IMG/VR virus record: IMGVR_UViG_3300030103_004816 | Reading direction: 5' to 3' (one strand) | DNA from: a virus | Length of the DNA stretch: 64,000 bases | Shown: piece by piece, positions 9,248 to 19,080 of the stretch | Numbering within the stretch: position 1 is the first letter of the stretch | How the letters are laid out: each line of letters starts with the position of its first letter | Made by a program: the position numbers and the translations under genes | Notes under the pieces: model-generated | The model's input: only the letters and a program-made list of their open reading frames with translations | Told to the model about the DNA's origin: nothing | Databases searched by the model: none

Positions 9248-9971
9248 ATAAAAATCCTGTTTGTAAAATATTTTTAACTACTCCGCCTAAAAATTTACTA
9301 GATTCCTGTTTAACTTGATAAGTATCCATATTGTTTCGTAGATACATTATAATATTTTCTCTACAATAATCTAAATTAGGTTTATTACCAGTCCCTAACC
9401 AGTTTATTATATCTTTATAAAGTTGAAAGTTAGCATCATTTCCTAAATGAGAAAAGTTATTTCTTAAATCTTTATTTTGAGCTCCGTAAATAGTAATCAA
9501 GCTATGAAGAAGCCAGCTATGTTCCTCTCTATCTAGCATGACATTACTGTTAAACCATTTCTCTTCTGGGAGGCTATCAAAGCAATAAGCTGGTTCAACA
9601 GTTATAAATTTAAAATCTAAATTATGTTTATCGCTATAGTCACTTAAACATTTGATATATCTCTCAGTATTTCTTCTAGTTTCAAATAGATAATTATTAT
9701 TATATGAGCCGTCTTTGTTTATTACATGGCTTCCAAATGCTAAATGTCTTGTTCCTTTATCTGTTTCTACTTCTTGTCTGTCACTATAAGTAAACATAAC
9801 TAGATAGCAATCGTGCTTATTTAATTGCATTGCTTGATAAGTATCGTGAAAAATTGAGATATTTGATTTGCCTGAATAGGCATTTATAGTTTTATTTTTT
9901 AGATGATGAGACCAACTAATATGGTCTTCCCAGTCGCAAGCAAAGCTGCAACCGTCTACATAATATTTCAT
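9237..9971 (-). CDS. SGNH/GDSL hydrolase-like protein (paralog)
   Basis: YVDGCSF, GKSNISI, FSHLG. Confidence 0.55.
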   Translation of the reverse strand: MKYYVDGCSFACDWEDHISWSHHLKNKTINAYSGKSNISIFHDTYQAMQLNKHDCYLVMFTYSDRQEVETDKGTRHLAFGSHVINKDGSYNNNYLFETRRNTERYIKCLSDYSDKHNLDFKFITVEPAYCFDSLPEEKWFNSNVMLDREEHSWLLHSLITIYGAQNKDLRNNFSHLGNDANFQLYKDIINWLGTGNKPNLDYCRENIIMYLRNNMDTYQVKQESSKFLGGVVKNILQTGFLYES

Positions 9972-9974
9972 AAT

Positions 9975-12377
9975 TTATTTTTTCTTATTTCTACCCTTTC
10001 TCATATTAAGTAACCAATGAGCCAGCTGTTTTTTTCTAGGAGAAGCTGAGTCACTTGATCTAACTTTTTTAAGAGATGAGGTAGATTGCTTTCCACTTAA
10101 TCCATGTCTTTTAGAGTCGCCTTTGTCTTGGGGATTTTTTCCGTCTTTAAAATTTTCTTTAACGCAGTTAGGTACTATTTTTTTACCTTTCTTTTTCATT
10201 CCTTGCTGCTTCCAACCGTCCCAGCATTTCTCATCGACTCTTTCTTCAGTTTTAACGTTAATAGGTTTACCACCTTTACCTGGTCTATCTGCTACTGGAT
10301 CTTGTCTTCTTTTTCTTCTAGCTGCTTTACCTCTATCTGCTTTAGACATAGAGTGAGCTTTTGATTGAGGAAGGCACTTAGGTTTGCCCTCACCTGGCTC
10401 TCTTGCGCAATCACCTTTAATATTGCCTTTGGTATCCATACGGACCCATTTATCTTTAAACCAATCTCTTAGATCTTCAGACGCTAGACTTTTTTTTTCT
10501 AATATAAGAGTTTGTAATTGATTAATTACTTTATCTTCTGTAGTTGATGTAACGTTAGGAGCAGTTTTTTTATTTTTAACTCCTCCATATTTCTTGACGT
10601 GTTTACCACCAGGTAAAAAGTCAGATTTTATTTTACCTGTATCTTTATTCTGTCTATAATCAGGAAATCTATTATCAGCCTTTGACTTTTTAATCTTAGT
10701 CTCTAATGAATCATCCTTTTTATATAAATCTTGTTGTTGATCTTTTTTGAATGGAGAAGGCTTATATCTTTGTTGACGACCGAATTGTAGGTTCACTCTT
10801 TTTCTTTGTATTCCTCTTTTAGGTTTTTCAGAATCAAACTCAGCTTCACCTAATTTTTTTTGAGCTTGCCTAATACCAAGCCCTCTCTTCATAACCTTTT
10901 TAGTAGCAGAAGCAGCTCTAATACTTTCACCTCTTTTGCTCTCTTTTTCCATCTTATCAATGTTATGAAGTCTTTCTGCTTGCGCTTTACCTACATACGA
11001 CTTAAGAGTGGATTTATCTAGTTCGTTTATAAAATTTTCTTCCATGTTACTAACATGTCTATGAATATCATTTGCAATTGTTTTATGATCATCTTTCGAT
11101 AAATGTGGGTTATGATTTTTAACAGCTTTATGAATTGCTTTTTTATCAGATTTATGATCAGTAGTTGTATAGCTATGACCTGATGGATGCTTTCCAGAGA
11201 AAGTTAGACCTCCTCTGTCACCGCCTTGATGGAGCTCGTGACCATCAGAAGCATGACCTGACTTAGAATAATCTGCACCTGTTCTAGCATATTTAAACTC
11301 TTTTTTTCTTTGATCTTCGTTTATATCTTTCATATGGTTATCATATTGCTTAGAACCTTTACCATATTCTTTTTTGATACGTCTTCTTTCTTCTTCATGA
11401 CCTCGTTTAAAACTACTTGAATTTTTATACCCTTCTTTACCATACTTAGACATTTTATCTTTTTTGAATTCATCGTAAGATCCTTCACCTAAGTCTTTTT
11501 TTATTTGATCTCTGTCCCATTGCTTACCTTTTGGAAGACCTTTATTTTCTTCTTTTCTTCTATTAGCAGCATCTTTGTTATATTTCTTAAGAAAGTCCAT
11601 AGATTTTTTCTTTTGTTCTGGGGTACTATGATCGGCACTAAATTTACCTTTACTCATAAGATATCTATTAGATGCTTTCTTAAACTCATCTGAAGTTTTC
11701 TTTAATTTACTTACAGCGTCACCTAATCTTTTCATTTCAGATTCATTAGCTAATTTTCTATTCTTATCGCCTTGAGCAACCTTAGCTAATTTTCTTTTTC
11801 CTGCTTCACCAGCTGACATACCTTTAGGTCTCATTTGATGTTTTACATTATCACCTGGTACTCTTTCTTCTTTATTAAGACTTTTTGATAAAGACTTTTG
11901 AAATTGACCTATCTTTCTTGCTCCGGCTGAGAATGTTAATTTTTCATTTCTCTTTTGTTTTTCTGCAGCTTTTTTATATTCTGGATCTCTATGATCATCA
12001 TGCTTTGTATAAGCCGAATGAGTGTTTATTCGTCTTTGCTTTGCAACTTTATTAATTAAATCTGTTGAAAGCTCATTTATATTTTCTTCGTTTTGAGCTA
12101 GTTTAGTAGCTGTAGCATACATAACTGCTTCATGATCTCTTCCATATCGTTTCATAAAGTCAGTCTTATTTTTCTTCATACCCTTAACAATATCTTCTCT
12201 GTCTCTTTTTTCAGCCGCTGAAAGTCTTGACTCAGCATTATAATGCTTTGCCATTTGATTCATTTCTTTATTTGATGGAGCTTTATGCTTGTAAAGCTTT
12301 TTCATATCAGCTTCAGCTCCAGGTGGATATTCTGATTTAGTCTTTTTATTAAGTAGACCTTTAAGATTTTTTGGCAT
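9975..12377 (-). CDS. 800-aa Lys-rich modular protein, putative internal head polyprotein
   Basis: Concatenated cassettes: RYGRDHEAVMYATATKLA, INELSTDL, INELDKSTLKSYVGKA, LRDWFKDKWV...KPKCLP, KCWDGWKQQGMKKKGKKIVPNCVKE. Confidence 0.55.
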   Translation of the reverse strand: MPKNLKGLLNKKTKSEYPPGAEADMKKLYKHKAPSNKEMNQMAKHYNAESRLSAAEKRDREDIVKGMKKNKTDFMKRYGRDHEAVMYATATKLAQNEENINELSTDLINKVAKQRRINTHSAYTKHDDHRDPEYKKAAEKQKRNEKLTFSAGARKIGQFQKSLSKSLNKEERVPGDNVKHQMRPKGMSAGEAGKRKLAKVAQGDKNRKLANESEMKRLGDAVSKLKKTSDEFKKASNRYLMSKGKFSADHSTPEQKKKSMDFLKKYNKDAANRRKEENKGLPKGKQWDRDQIKKDLGEGSYDEFKKDKMSKYGKEGYKNSSSFKRGHEEERRRIKKEYGKGSKQYDNHMKDINEDQRKKEFKYARTGADYSKSGHASDGHELHQGGDRGGLTFSGKHPSGHSYTTTDHKSDKKAIHKAVKNHNPHLSKDDHKTIANDIHRHVSNMEENFINELDKSTLKSYVGKAQAERLHNIDKMEKESKRGESIRAASATKKVMKRGLGIRQAQKKLGEAEFDSEKPKRGIQRKRVNLQFGRQQRYKPSPFKKDQQQDLYKKDDSLETKIKKSKADNRFPDYRQNKDTGKIKSDFLPGGKHVKKYGGVKNKKTAPNVTSTTEDKVINQLQTLILEKKSLASEDLRDWFKDKWVRMDTKGNIKGDCAREPGEGKPKCLPQSKAHSMSKADRGKAARRKRRQDPVADRPGKGGKPINVKTEERVDEKCWDGWKQQGMKKKGKKIVPNCVKENFKDGKNPQDKGDSKRHGLSGKQSTSSLKKVRSSDSASPRKKQLAHWLLNMRKGRNKKK

Positions 12378-15099
12378 TTAAGAAATCCTTATAAGATGTT
12401 ACTTTTAGTTTTCCTGATTGACCTAAACCTTTAAGAGGTTGTTGTGGAGGAATCATTCCTCCTTTACCAGGAACACCATCAATAGCTAAGTCTCTGCTTT
12501 GAGTTTGTCCTGGAGTACCTGCCATATATTTTTGACGTAAAGCATCAGTTCCTATAAATCCTCCGCCATACTCTTCATTATGCTCTCTTTCTTTTTGTCT
12601 TTGATCATAATCTTGTAAACCATGTTTTTTACCTTTAGCAATTAGTCTTCTATTAGCTAAGCCTAATCCTTTTGATCTTTTCATTGCAACATTATCTTTT
12701 TGCTTAGCTAAACCAAGTTTATTATCCATTGCACCTTTTGACTTTTGTGAAGAAGCAGACATTCTATAAGAATCTCTATCATATTCAGCATCGTTTCTTT
12801 GCTTTTTAGCTTTGGCAGAATAGCTTGCTATAGTATCTGAAGATATCTCATCTAAATTTTCTTCTTTAACGGACTTCCATCCTCCGCCTGCAGCTTTATA
12901 TTTTTTAGCTGCCCAGCCATTTGCATATGCTGATGGATATACATCAAATTTTGCCTTAGCTTGAGATTTAAACTTAGACCATAGAGCTGGTTTAGTAGGT
13001 TTATTTTTTTCTTCTATATGCTCTATACCTTCTAATGCTACATTTTTCATTTTTACTTTAACATTTTTAGCTGGTTTAAGCATATGATCGATAGTTGAAG
13101 ATTGAGCTATCTCTTGCATTTGTTGTTCTTTTGAACCATAAGTTTCACATGGATCTTTTCCGCATCCACAATTTTTTACTTTGGCTTCGTTTTGAATAAG
13201 CTTATCTAATTCTTTCTTTTGTTTGAGATGAGCTTTAACTGATCCTGTTAAACCTTTAGAGAGTTTTTTAAGACCTTCAGTATCTTTTGCATTTACTTCT
13301 TCCATCTTAGGCTTCTTATCCATTCTCTTTAGTCTTTTTTGTAATTCAACTCTAGCTGTAGCTCTTTTTCTTGATAAGGTGTTCATATTAAGAGGAGATG
13401 CTTTTACTTTATCTTTAAGATCATCCATCATTCCTTCTTTAACAGGCTTATTAGCTTTTTCTTTAGCAGCACGCTTCTTATCAAAGTCTACTTTTACTTC
13501 TAAAGGTACTGGAGCATAAGCTTCAGGAAGCTTAGGTATTTTATTACGTTGTTTGTCTAGTGGATCAGATCTTAACATCTTTCCACCATCTCCATCTTGT
13601 CCAGCGTCTCCCTTTTTAAGTTGACCAGATCTAGTAAAGTGGTACCCTTTAGGAGCTCCTTTAGTTTCATTCATCCTTTTTATTGGCATATGAGGATCTT
13701 TATTATCTTCTGGATTTCTCTTAGCTGCGTTTTCTTTTCCTCTTTTAATAATCTTATCAACTTTTTTATTCATTCTAAGTTTTGTTGCTGCTTTGTTTCT
13801 TGTTGATGAATAAGCAAAAGGATTCATTGACTGAGCTTTCAGTTTAAGGTTATCCATTATACCTTCATCTAATTCAGAAAGAAATGACTCAAATACTTCA
13901 TCCATGCTAGATGATTTATTTTTATTAATAAACTCATTAAGTCTGTTGTATGCAAACGAATCACCATGATCTCTATATTTGTTATAGACTTCTGATAGTA
14001 TGTTTACTGGAATTTCAGCTGATATAGACTTCTTAATAATACTATTAAGTACCTTTTCAGCTATTGGTTTGTTTTCTTTATGATTGTTTTCTGTTAGGTA
14101 AGAGCTAAAAGCCATATCCATAGCTTCTTTTCTTGTTCTAAATGATTTGAATCTAGCAAATTCCTTACGTCTCGTTACAGGCATAATCCTTGTAGCTAGC
14201 TTCTTAACTATATTACCTCTGCTTCTTACCCTTCTATCGATAGATGCTTTCTCTTGAGGTGATAGTTTAGTATATGATTTACCTCTTGCTCCAGCAATAC
14301 GATTTCTCATAACTCTAATAGCCGCCCTTGCAGTTCTTTTCTTAATTCTACCAGTTTGAGCTATTCTACGAGCTACCCTTCGTCTTGCTACTTTTAATCT
14401 TGCCTTATAACGCCTGGCCGCTATAGCCTTTTTTCTTCGGCCCGCCACGGTCAATACGCCCGCTTCATCAAGATGTTCTTCAAATATATTGTCTAAGTCT
14501 TCTTTTAAGTTCATACCTTCTCTTACCATTTTAAGTATTTTATCTGCATACTTATTTAGCTGATTAGGAAGTCCTCGCTTGAAAGCTTGTACGTCGTTCT
14601 TAGCAGCAGCATCTCTCATTTTAGTTGCTGACATTCCAGTTACTCCATCAGAGTCTGGATCTCTAGTTCCTGCTGACACGACTTCTATATTTTCGAAGTT
14701 AAAATCCTTACCGTTATAAGTAGTGCTAATTCGTTTTAAGTCTTTAACTCTATCAGATCCTACTACTATAACAAGGTTTTTATAGTTGCCGCTAAGTTCT
14801 TTTAACATATCAAATATGTTTTTAGCATTAGATTTTTGCACTATACGACCAAAAGCCATGTTTATTAACTTAGCTTTATCGTTATAACTTAATGGATTCT
14901 TCTTAGAGTCTACGGAATGAGACAGGTAGATTAGCGGTTTTGCTTTTTTCTGTTGAGATACACGTAGCATTTTATTAACTAATGCTAAATGACCAACAGT
15001 GGGAGGGTTCATGCGTCCAAAAGTTACTACAGCTGTTTGCGACGCTGCTTCTGACAACTCACTAGGGTTGAGAACTATATCTAAATTGTCGTTAGTCAT
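12361..15099 (-). CDS. Cytidylyltransferase-like (HIGH/KMSKS) domain fused to about 700 aa of basic cassettes
   Basis: TFGRMNPPTVGH, VVGSDR, GMSATKMR in first ~200 aa; later KFDVYPSAYANGWAAKKYKAAGGGW and EISSDTIASY modules. Confidence 0.8.
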   Translation of the reverse strand: MTNDNLDIVLNPSELSEAASQTAVVTFGRMNPPTVGHLALVNKMLRVSQQKKAKPLIYLSHSVDSKKNPLSYNDKAKLINMAFGRIVQKSNAKNIFDMLKELSGNYKNLVIVVGSDRVKDLKRISTTYNGKDFNFENIEVVSAGTRDPDSDGVTGMSATKMRDAAAKNDVQAFKRGLPNQLNKYADKILKMVREGMNLKEDLDNIFEEHLDEAGVLTVAGRRKKAIAARRYKARLKVARRRVARRIAQTGRIKKRTARAAIRVMRNRIAGARGKSYTKLSPQEKASIDRRVRSRGNIVKKLATRIMPVTRRKEFARFKSFRTRKEAMDMAFSSYLTENNHKENKPIAEKVLNSIIKKSISAEIPVNILSEVYNKYRDHGDSFAYNRLNEFINKNKSSSMDEVFESFLSELDEGIMDNLKLKAQSMNPFAYSSTRNKAATKLRMNKKVDKIIKRGKENAAKRNPEDNKDPHMPIKRMNETKGAPKGYHFTRSGQLKKGDAGQDGDGGKMLRSDPLDKQRNKIPKLPEAYAPVPLEVKVDFDKKRAAKEKANKPVKEGMMDDLKDKVKASPLNMNTLSRKRATARVELQKRLKRMDKKPKMEEVNAKDTEGLKKLSKGLTGSVKAHLKQKKELDKLIQNEAKVKNCGCGKDPCETYGSKEQQMQEIAQSSTIDHMLKPAKNVKVKMKNVALEGIEHIEEKNKPTKPALWSKFKSQAKAKFDVYPSAYANGWAAKKYKAAGGGWKSVKEENLDEISSDTIASYSAKAKKQRNDAEYDRDSYRMSASSQKSKGAMDNKLGLAKQKDNVAMKRSKGLGLANRRLIAKGKKHGLQDYDQRQKEREHNEEYGGGFIGTDALRQKYMAGTPGQTQSRDLAIDGVPGKGGMIPPQQPLKGLGQSGKLKVTSYKDFLNAKKS

Positions 15100-15155
15100 G
15101 TTTATTTTCCTCAGGGTTTGTATCTAACCTTACCTGTCTCATATCTATTTAGCTA

Positions 15156-16349
15156 TTATCGCCTGTTGTCATTGTTCCATCCCTTAACTATTTCAGGGTT
15201 AAAGTTTGAATATGAGAATTCAAGACGGTCTACTAATTTAACGGTATTACCTTTCCTATCTATAGCTACGTAACCTTCTTCTCCAGTCACTTGAAAACCT
15301 TTATTAGTCTTTAGGAAAGTACTAAGCTTACTAGCTTTATTTAACTTATTAATTATTATTTTCTTAGCCTTAGCCAAATGCATTTGCATTTCAAATATAG
15401 AAGCTATTCTATATTCAGGTAATTTAGAAAACATTATAACGTTAGCTAAAGCTATCTTCTTTCTATCTTGACCAGATTCAGTCTTAAGAGCATCAACTTC
15501 TTTACTAACTCTTTGAACTAGATAGCTTTTTAGACTCTTAGTATACTTCATAGGTGATATTATATCCTTACCTTCACGAATGTGCAAGTTATGATGAACT
15601 TTTATATAAGAGAGTAAATGTTTATCTTCTGATATCTTCTTAATTACTCTAGTATCTATTCTCTTTAATGCTTTATTAGCATAGTCTAACTCTCTTTTAA
15701 GTTCCTTGTCTTCATCTTTAGTCATAGTAGCACTTCCAGATAAGTCTTGATATGTAGCATCTATCATCCAAACTTTATCTAAAGGCTGAACCCAGCTCAT
15801 TTTAAACGGCTTCATATCATGAGATACAGTAGTATGAAAAACTATACCTATCTCAGATTGCAGTATTTGATTAGCTAGTTCGGAATCTTTAGGTACTGCG
15901 TACACAATAGTATTAGGGTGAAATATTAAGTAAGTTTTACTATCTATAACTTGAGTCTTTATATCATCTTTAGTATATAAAAAATCACCTTGAATTACTG
16001 TATTAGGTCCTATACTTAGATCTTTTAAATAGTATAGAGCTCTTTTTAACTTATCTGCTAGATCAGGATTCAGATCGGCGGCATCGATCTCCTTCGGAGA
16101 ATAATACATAACCGGTGTCTTATTAAAGTAACTTTTAGTAGATACAAATAATTTACTATCTTCTCTTCCTACTACAATAGCAGGAGCTCCATCCCACTTA
16201 ACAGTAGCGTTAACTGCATCTTCAGAGCTACTAGTTAATGAGTCTCTTAATGATTCAAGAAAGTTAAGAGCTTGATCAGCTCCTTGAATGCCATTATTGA
16301 GAACTAAGTCCTCTAAATGCTCCATATGTGTATTGCTAGTTAAGGTCAT
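15156..16349 (-). CDS. DUF6267-like protein, ligase-type nucleotidyltransferase motifs
   Basis: NTHMEHLED, TVKWDGAPA (KxDG), QGDF, EGYV, VKLVDRLEFS. Confidence 0.65.
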   Translation of the reverse strand: MTLTSNTHMEHLEDLVLNNGIQGADQALNFLESLRDSLTSSSEDAVNATVKWDGAPAIVVGREDSKLFVSTKSYFNKTPVMYYSPKEIDAADLNPDLADKLKRALYYLKDLSIGPNTVIQGDFLYTKDDIKTQVIDSKTYLIFHPNTIVYAVPKDSELANQILQSEIGIVFHTTVSHDMKPFKMSWVQPLDKVWMIDATYQDLSGSATMTKDEDKELKRELDYANKALKRIDTRVIKKISEDKHLLSYIKVHHNLHIREGKDIISPMKYTKSLKSYLVQRVSKEVDALKTESGQDRKKIALANVIMFSKLPEYRIASIFEMQMHLAKAKKIIINKLNKASKLSTFLKTNKGFQVTGEEGYVAIDRKGNTVKLVDRLEFSYSNFNPEIVKGWNNDNRR

Positions 16350-16953
16350 TTTTTAAATCGTATTTTAATTCTTCCCATGTAGGCCATTTTTCTGATCTAC
16401 TTCTATTTACTACTGTTGAAGGATTCACTTGATGAACTTCAGCAGCTTCATTCTTATCTGCATAATAAATAAGATCTATTCTATAATAATACGTCTTATT
16501 TCCAAAAGTGCCAGGATCTTTTACTAATTTTATTCCTGCAAGTTCATATTCTTCTTCCCATGAACTAACTTCTTCGTCTTGCTGATAGCGTCTTAAAGTA
16601 ATATTCTCTTGTTCTTCTACGTAATGGACTTTTCTTCCTTCTTCTATTACGCTTTCTAATTCTTCCGGAGTTAAAGTACCTTCTAGATATTTAGATACTA
16701 TTTCTCTACAAGTCTTAGTTCTAGTTTTAAAATGCTCATGTGTAACTCTGGTCTTTCTATAAACTCTTCCAGTTGGAGGATGCGTCCATAGCAATGACTC
16801 AGAAACTAATCCTGAGTGTATACTTGGGATATCTCCAAAAGCTAGCATAGCTGCTCTAGCAAATTCTTTATCACCCATCTTGCCATCTTTTACAGCAGGT
16901 AATAAATATTCGCAGAAAGCCTTGAAGCCTTTCTTCGTTACGGTTGCTGACAT
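16336..16953 (-). CDS. Hypothetical protein with C-terminal NUMOD1-like HTH
   Basis: YADKNEAAEVHQVNPSTVVNR...W resembles homing-endonuclease DNA-binding module. Confidence 0.45.
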   Translation of the reverse strand: MSATVTKKGFKAFCEYLLPAVKDGKMGDKEFARAAMLAFGDIPSIHSGLVSESLLWTHPPTGRVYRKTRVTHEHFKTRTKTCREIVSKYLEGTLTPEELESVIEEGRKVHYVEEQENITLRRYQQDEEVSSWEEEYELAGIKLVKDPGTFGNKTYYYRIDLIYYADKNEAAEVHQVNPSTVVNRSRSEKWPTWEELKYDLKNDLN

Positions 16954-17178
16954 TTACAGTCCTAATATTCGTGCTGCTTTTTCTGAATCTAAATTGCCGC
17001 CTTCTTTAAGATGATCCTTTACCATCTCAAAATAATATGCAGCGTCTGTTTGACCTCTTTCTTCTAATAAAGTTTGCGCTTTACTAAAAAAGGCTAGGTT
17101 ACCTTTTAATTTTCTTGACTCAGCTCTATCGGCCATGTCAAAAGTCATTTCTCTTTTTGTTGCTCTCGGTCTATACAT
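16954..17178 (-). CDS. Hypothetical protein
   Basis: ORF abutting neighbours. Confidence 0.6.
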   Translation of the reverse strand: MYRPRATKREMTFDMADRAESRKLKGNLAFFSKAQTLLEERGQTDAAYYFEMVKDHLKEGGNLDSEKAARILGL

Positions 17179-17321
17179 TCTCTCACCTTATCCAAACTGT
17201 ACCATACTTTGTTAAAAACTCTTATAGATTTACCATCATCTACAACCCAGCGAGGAACACCAAAGAGACTACGATCTTTAAAGATCCTAGTCTCCCCGAT
17301 TGATTCTACAAAGAGTCTCAA
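17145..17321 (-). CDS. 58-aa hypothetical protein (not in ORF track)
   Basis: TTG start overlapping upstream TGA; MRLFVESIGETRIFKDRSLFGVPRWVVDDGK...EQQKEK fills the gap. Confidence 0.5.
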   Translation of the reverse strand: MRLFVESIGETRIFKDRSLFGVPRWVVDDGKSIRVFNKVWYSLDKVRECIDREQQKEK

Positions 17322-17794
17322 CCGTGTGGTCCTGGCATTTCATACCATCTTTCGATTTCGTCTTCTGCTATTGCATATAAGACTTGATCAGAAGAAGGCA
17401 TCTTGCCTGATAACTTGCCTGAAAACTCTATGAGTTTTTCCATATAAGTCATCATAAATTTGTCTTTTGACAAATAAGAGTTTGCCTCTTTTTCAAGCTC
17501 TTCAAAAAGCTCGGGATCATCATCAATAAGCATTTTAGCAAAATCATAATCGATCTTAGCATTATAATTATCAGGATGATGTTCATCAAAGAGAGGTTCT
17601 ATAGTATCAGGTAATATTCTATAGCGGTTGCCTCTGAATATTGCTCTGGCTTCTACTGAACCATCTAAGCTCTCTCCGTCGTCGCCGACAAACATATAAT
17701 TAATTTCAACGTCTATGACGCTTGAATCATTGAAAGCATTCCAGACATCGTCTGTAATATTTTCTTCCATCATTGTATTCACTTCATGTGACAT
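17318..17794 (-). CDS. Acidic hypothetical protein (early-type)
   Basis: GGAG SD and sigma70 promoter upstream. Confidence 0.65.
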   Translation of the reverse strand: MSHEVNTMMEENITDDVWNAFNDSSVIDVEINYMFVGDDGESLDGSVEARAIFRGNRYRILPDTIEPLFDEHHPDNYNAKIDYDFAKMLIDDDPELFEELEKEANSYLSKDKFMMTYMEKLIEFSGKLSGKMPSSDQVLYAIAEDEIERWYEMPGPHG

Positions 17795-17817
17795 ATTTCG
17801 CTCCGGTTTATAATATA

Positions 17818-17846
17818 ATTATAACCTATATTTGATATAAAATCAA
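17818..17846 (-). promoter_or_regulatory. Sigma70-type promoter
   Basis: TTGATT-17-TATAAT. Confidence 0.75.
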
Positions 17847-18457
17847 CTAATAATATGAGGTTTTGGAACATAATCAGAAGGATAGTGAAACCATCCTGTA
17901 GCAATAAATTTATCTTCTTTTAAATCTGGTGATGCTCTATGCGTATGAGTAAAAGCAGCAGGCCATATTAATAATGAACCTTTCTTTGGTTGAAAAGAGA
18001 TATTCTGATAAAAGAAATCAGTCTTTCCTCCTTTTTCTACATCGTTTAAATAAAACATCCATACTAAAAATCTAGACGAGCATGCATTAGGTCCTTGTTC
18101 GCAATGCCAGTTAGTAAATCCTCCTCCTGAAGTAGACATTTGTAATTTAGGATTCTGAAAATAAGCATCTTCAAATTTAGTTCCTATAGTATATTTTTCT
18201 CTATATAAGTCATAATGTTTATTTAAAGAGGAGTATATACCGTCTACTATTTCTTTACAAGATTGAAAAGCAATAGGAAATATACTTATATCATTTCGAG
18301 TTTTATCATTATCAAATACAACTTCTTTTTTAAATGTTTCTGGATCTTCTTTAGCTCTATCTACTAGAAATCTAATAGTATCTACAGCATTATCACACAT
18401 TTCATCTGATAATGCATTTTCATATGTCTCAATAAAGTGATTATCTACTGATCCCAT
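17843..18457 (-). CDS. 2OG-Fe(II) oxygenase (prolyl-hydroxylase-like)
   Basis: WHCE, WMFYLNDVEKGGKT.F, IWPAAFTHTHR, KFIATGW. Confidence 0.9.
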   Translation of the reverse strand: MGSVDNHFIETYENALSDEMCDNAVDTIRFLVDRAKEDPETFKKEVVFDNDKTRNDISIFPIAFQSCKEIVDGIYSSLNKHYDLYREKYTIGTKFEDAYFQNPKLQMSTSGGGFTNWHCEQGPNACSSRFLVWMFYLNDVEKGGKTDFFYQNISFQPKKGSLLIWPAAFTHTHRASPDLKEDKFIATGWFHYPSDYVPKPHIIS

Positions 18458-19080
18458 AAAGCCATCTTATATCTTTCTCTAGGTGCTCCTAAGAAGTCAC
18501 ATTTCCAATTGCTCATTTGATCGTATTCTAAATTAATCCATTTATCTTTCTTGGCCCACATCTCTTTTGCAGCTTCAGACCAATCAGTATCTTTAACTAA
18601 CTTCTGTATTCTGATTTTCATATCAACAGCTTCTTCTCTATCAAAAGAATCCCACTCCATATGATATACCTCAAATACTACTCCTTTTTCATCAACATAA
18701 TCCATAGAAAAATCTACACCCCATTTAGGTTTAAGATTAATTAGTTTAAATAATAATGGATTAGTTAGCGAATAGTCTTTTAATCTTTGTAATGCATCAC
18801 CATCAAAGCCCCATCTTTCAAATAAAGCTGCATGATTGATATGACAGCCTGTATTTCTAAAGCTATCTTCAAACCAAGGCTTACGAACTGAATATTGCGC
18901 ATGTTGATGTTGATCTAGTTCTACACCATTTACATACGCATGCTCTTTTTCAAGCATAGTCATTTGATATCCATTTTGATCAAAGCAGTGCACAGCATTC
19001 TTATCAGTATAGTATACACCATTGACTGGTTTGGTGAAGCGAGCCTGCTTACTAAACTGCGCAGGAATTAATCGTAACAT
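18445..19080 (-). CDS. Hypothetical protein
   Basis: 211-aa coupled ORF, no recognisable catalytic motif. Confidence 0.65.
   Translation of the reverse strand: MLRLIPAQFSKQARFTKPVNGVYYTDKNAVHCFDQNGYQMTMLEKEHAYVNGVELDQHQHAQYSVRKPWFEDSFRNTGCHINHAALFERWGFDGDALQRLKDYSLTNPLLFKLINLKPKWGVDFSMDYVDEKGVVFEVYHMEWDSFDREEAVDMKIRIQKLVKDTDWSEAAKEMWAKKDKWINLEYDQMSNWKCDFLGAPRERYKMALWDQ

Noticed and set aside
15100-15140. preQ1 riboswitch call for this leader
   Set aside because: Lacks the loop signature and ACUA tail, and the downstream gene is unrelated to preQ1
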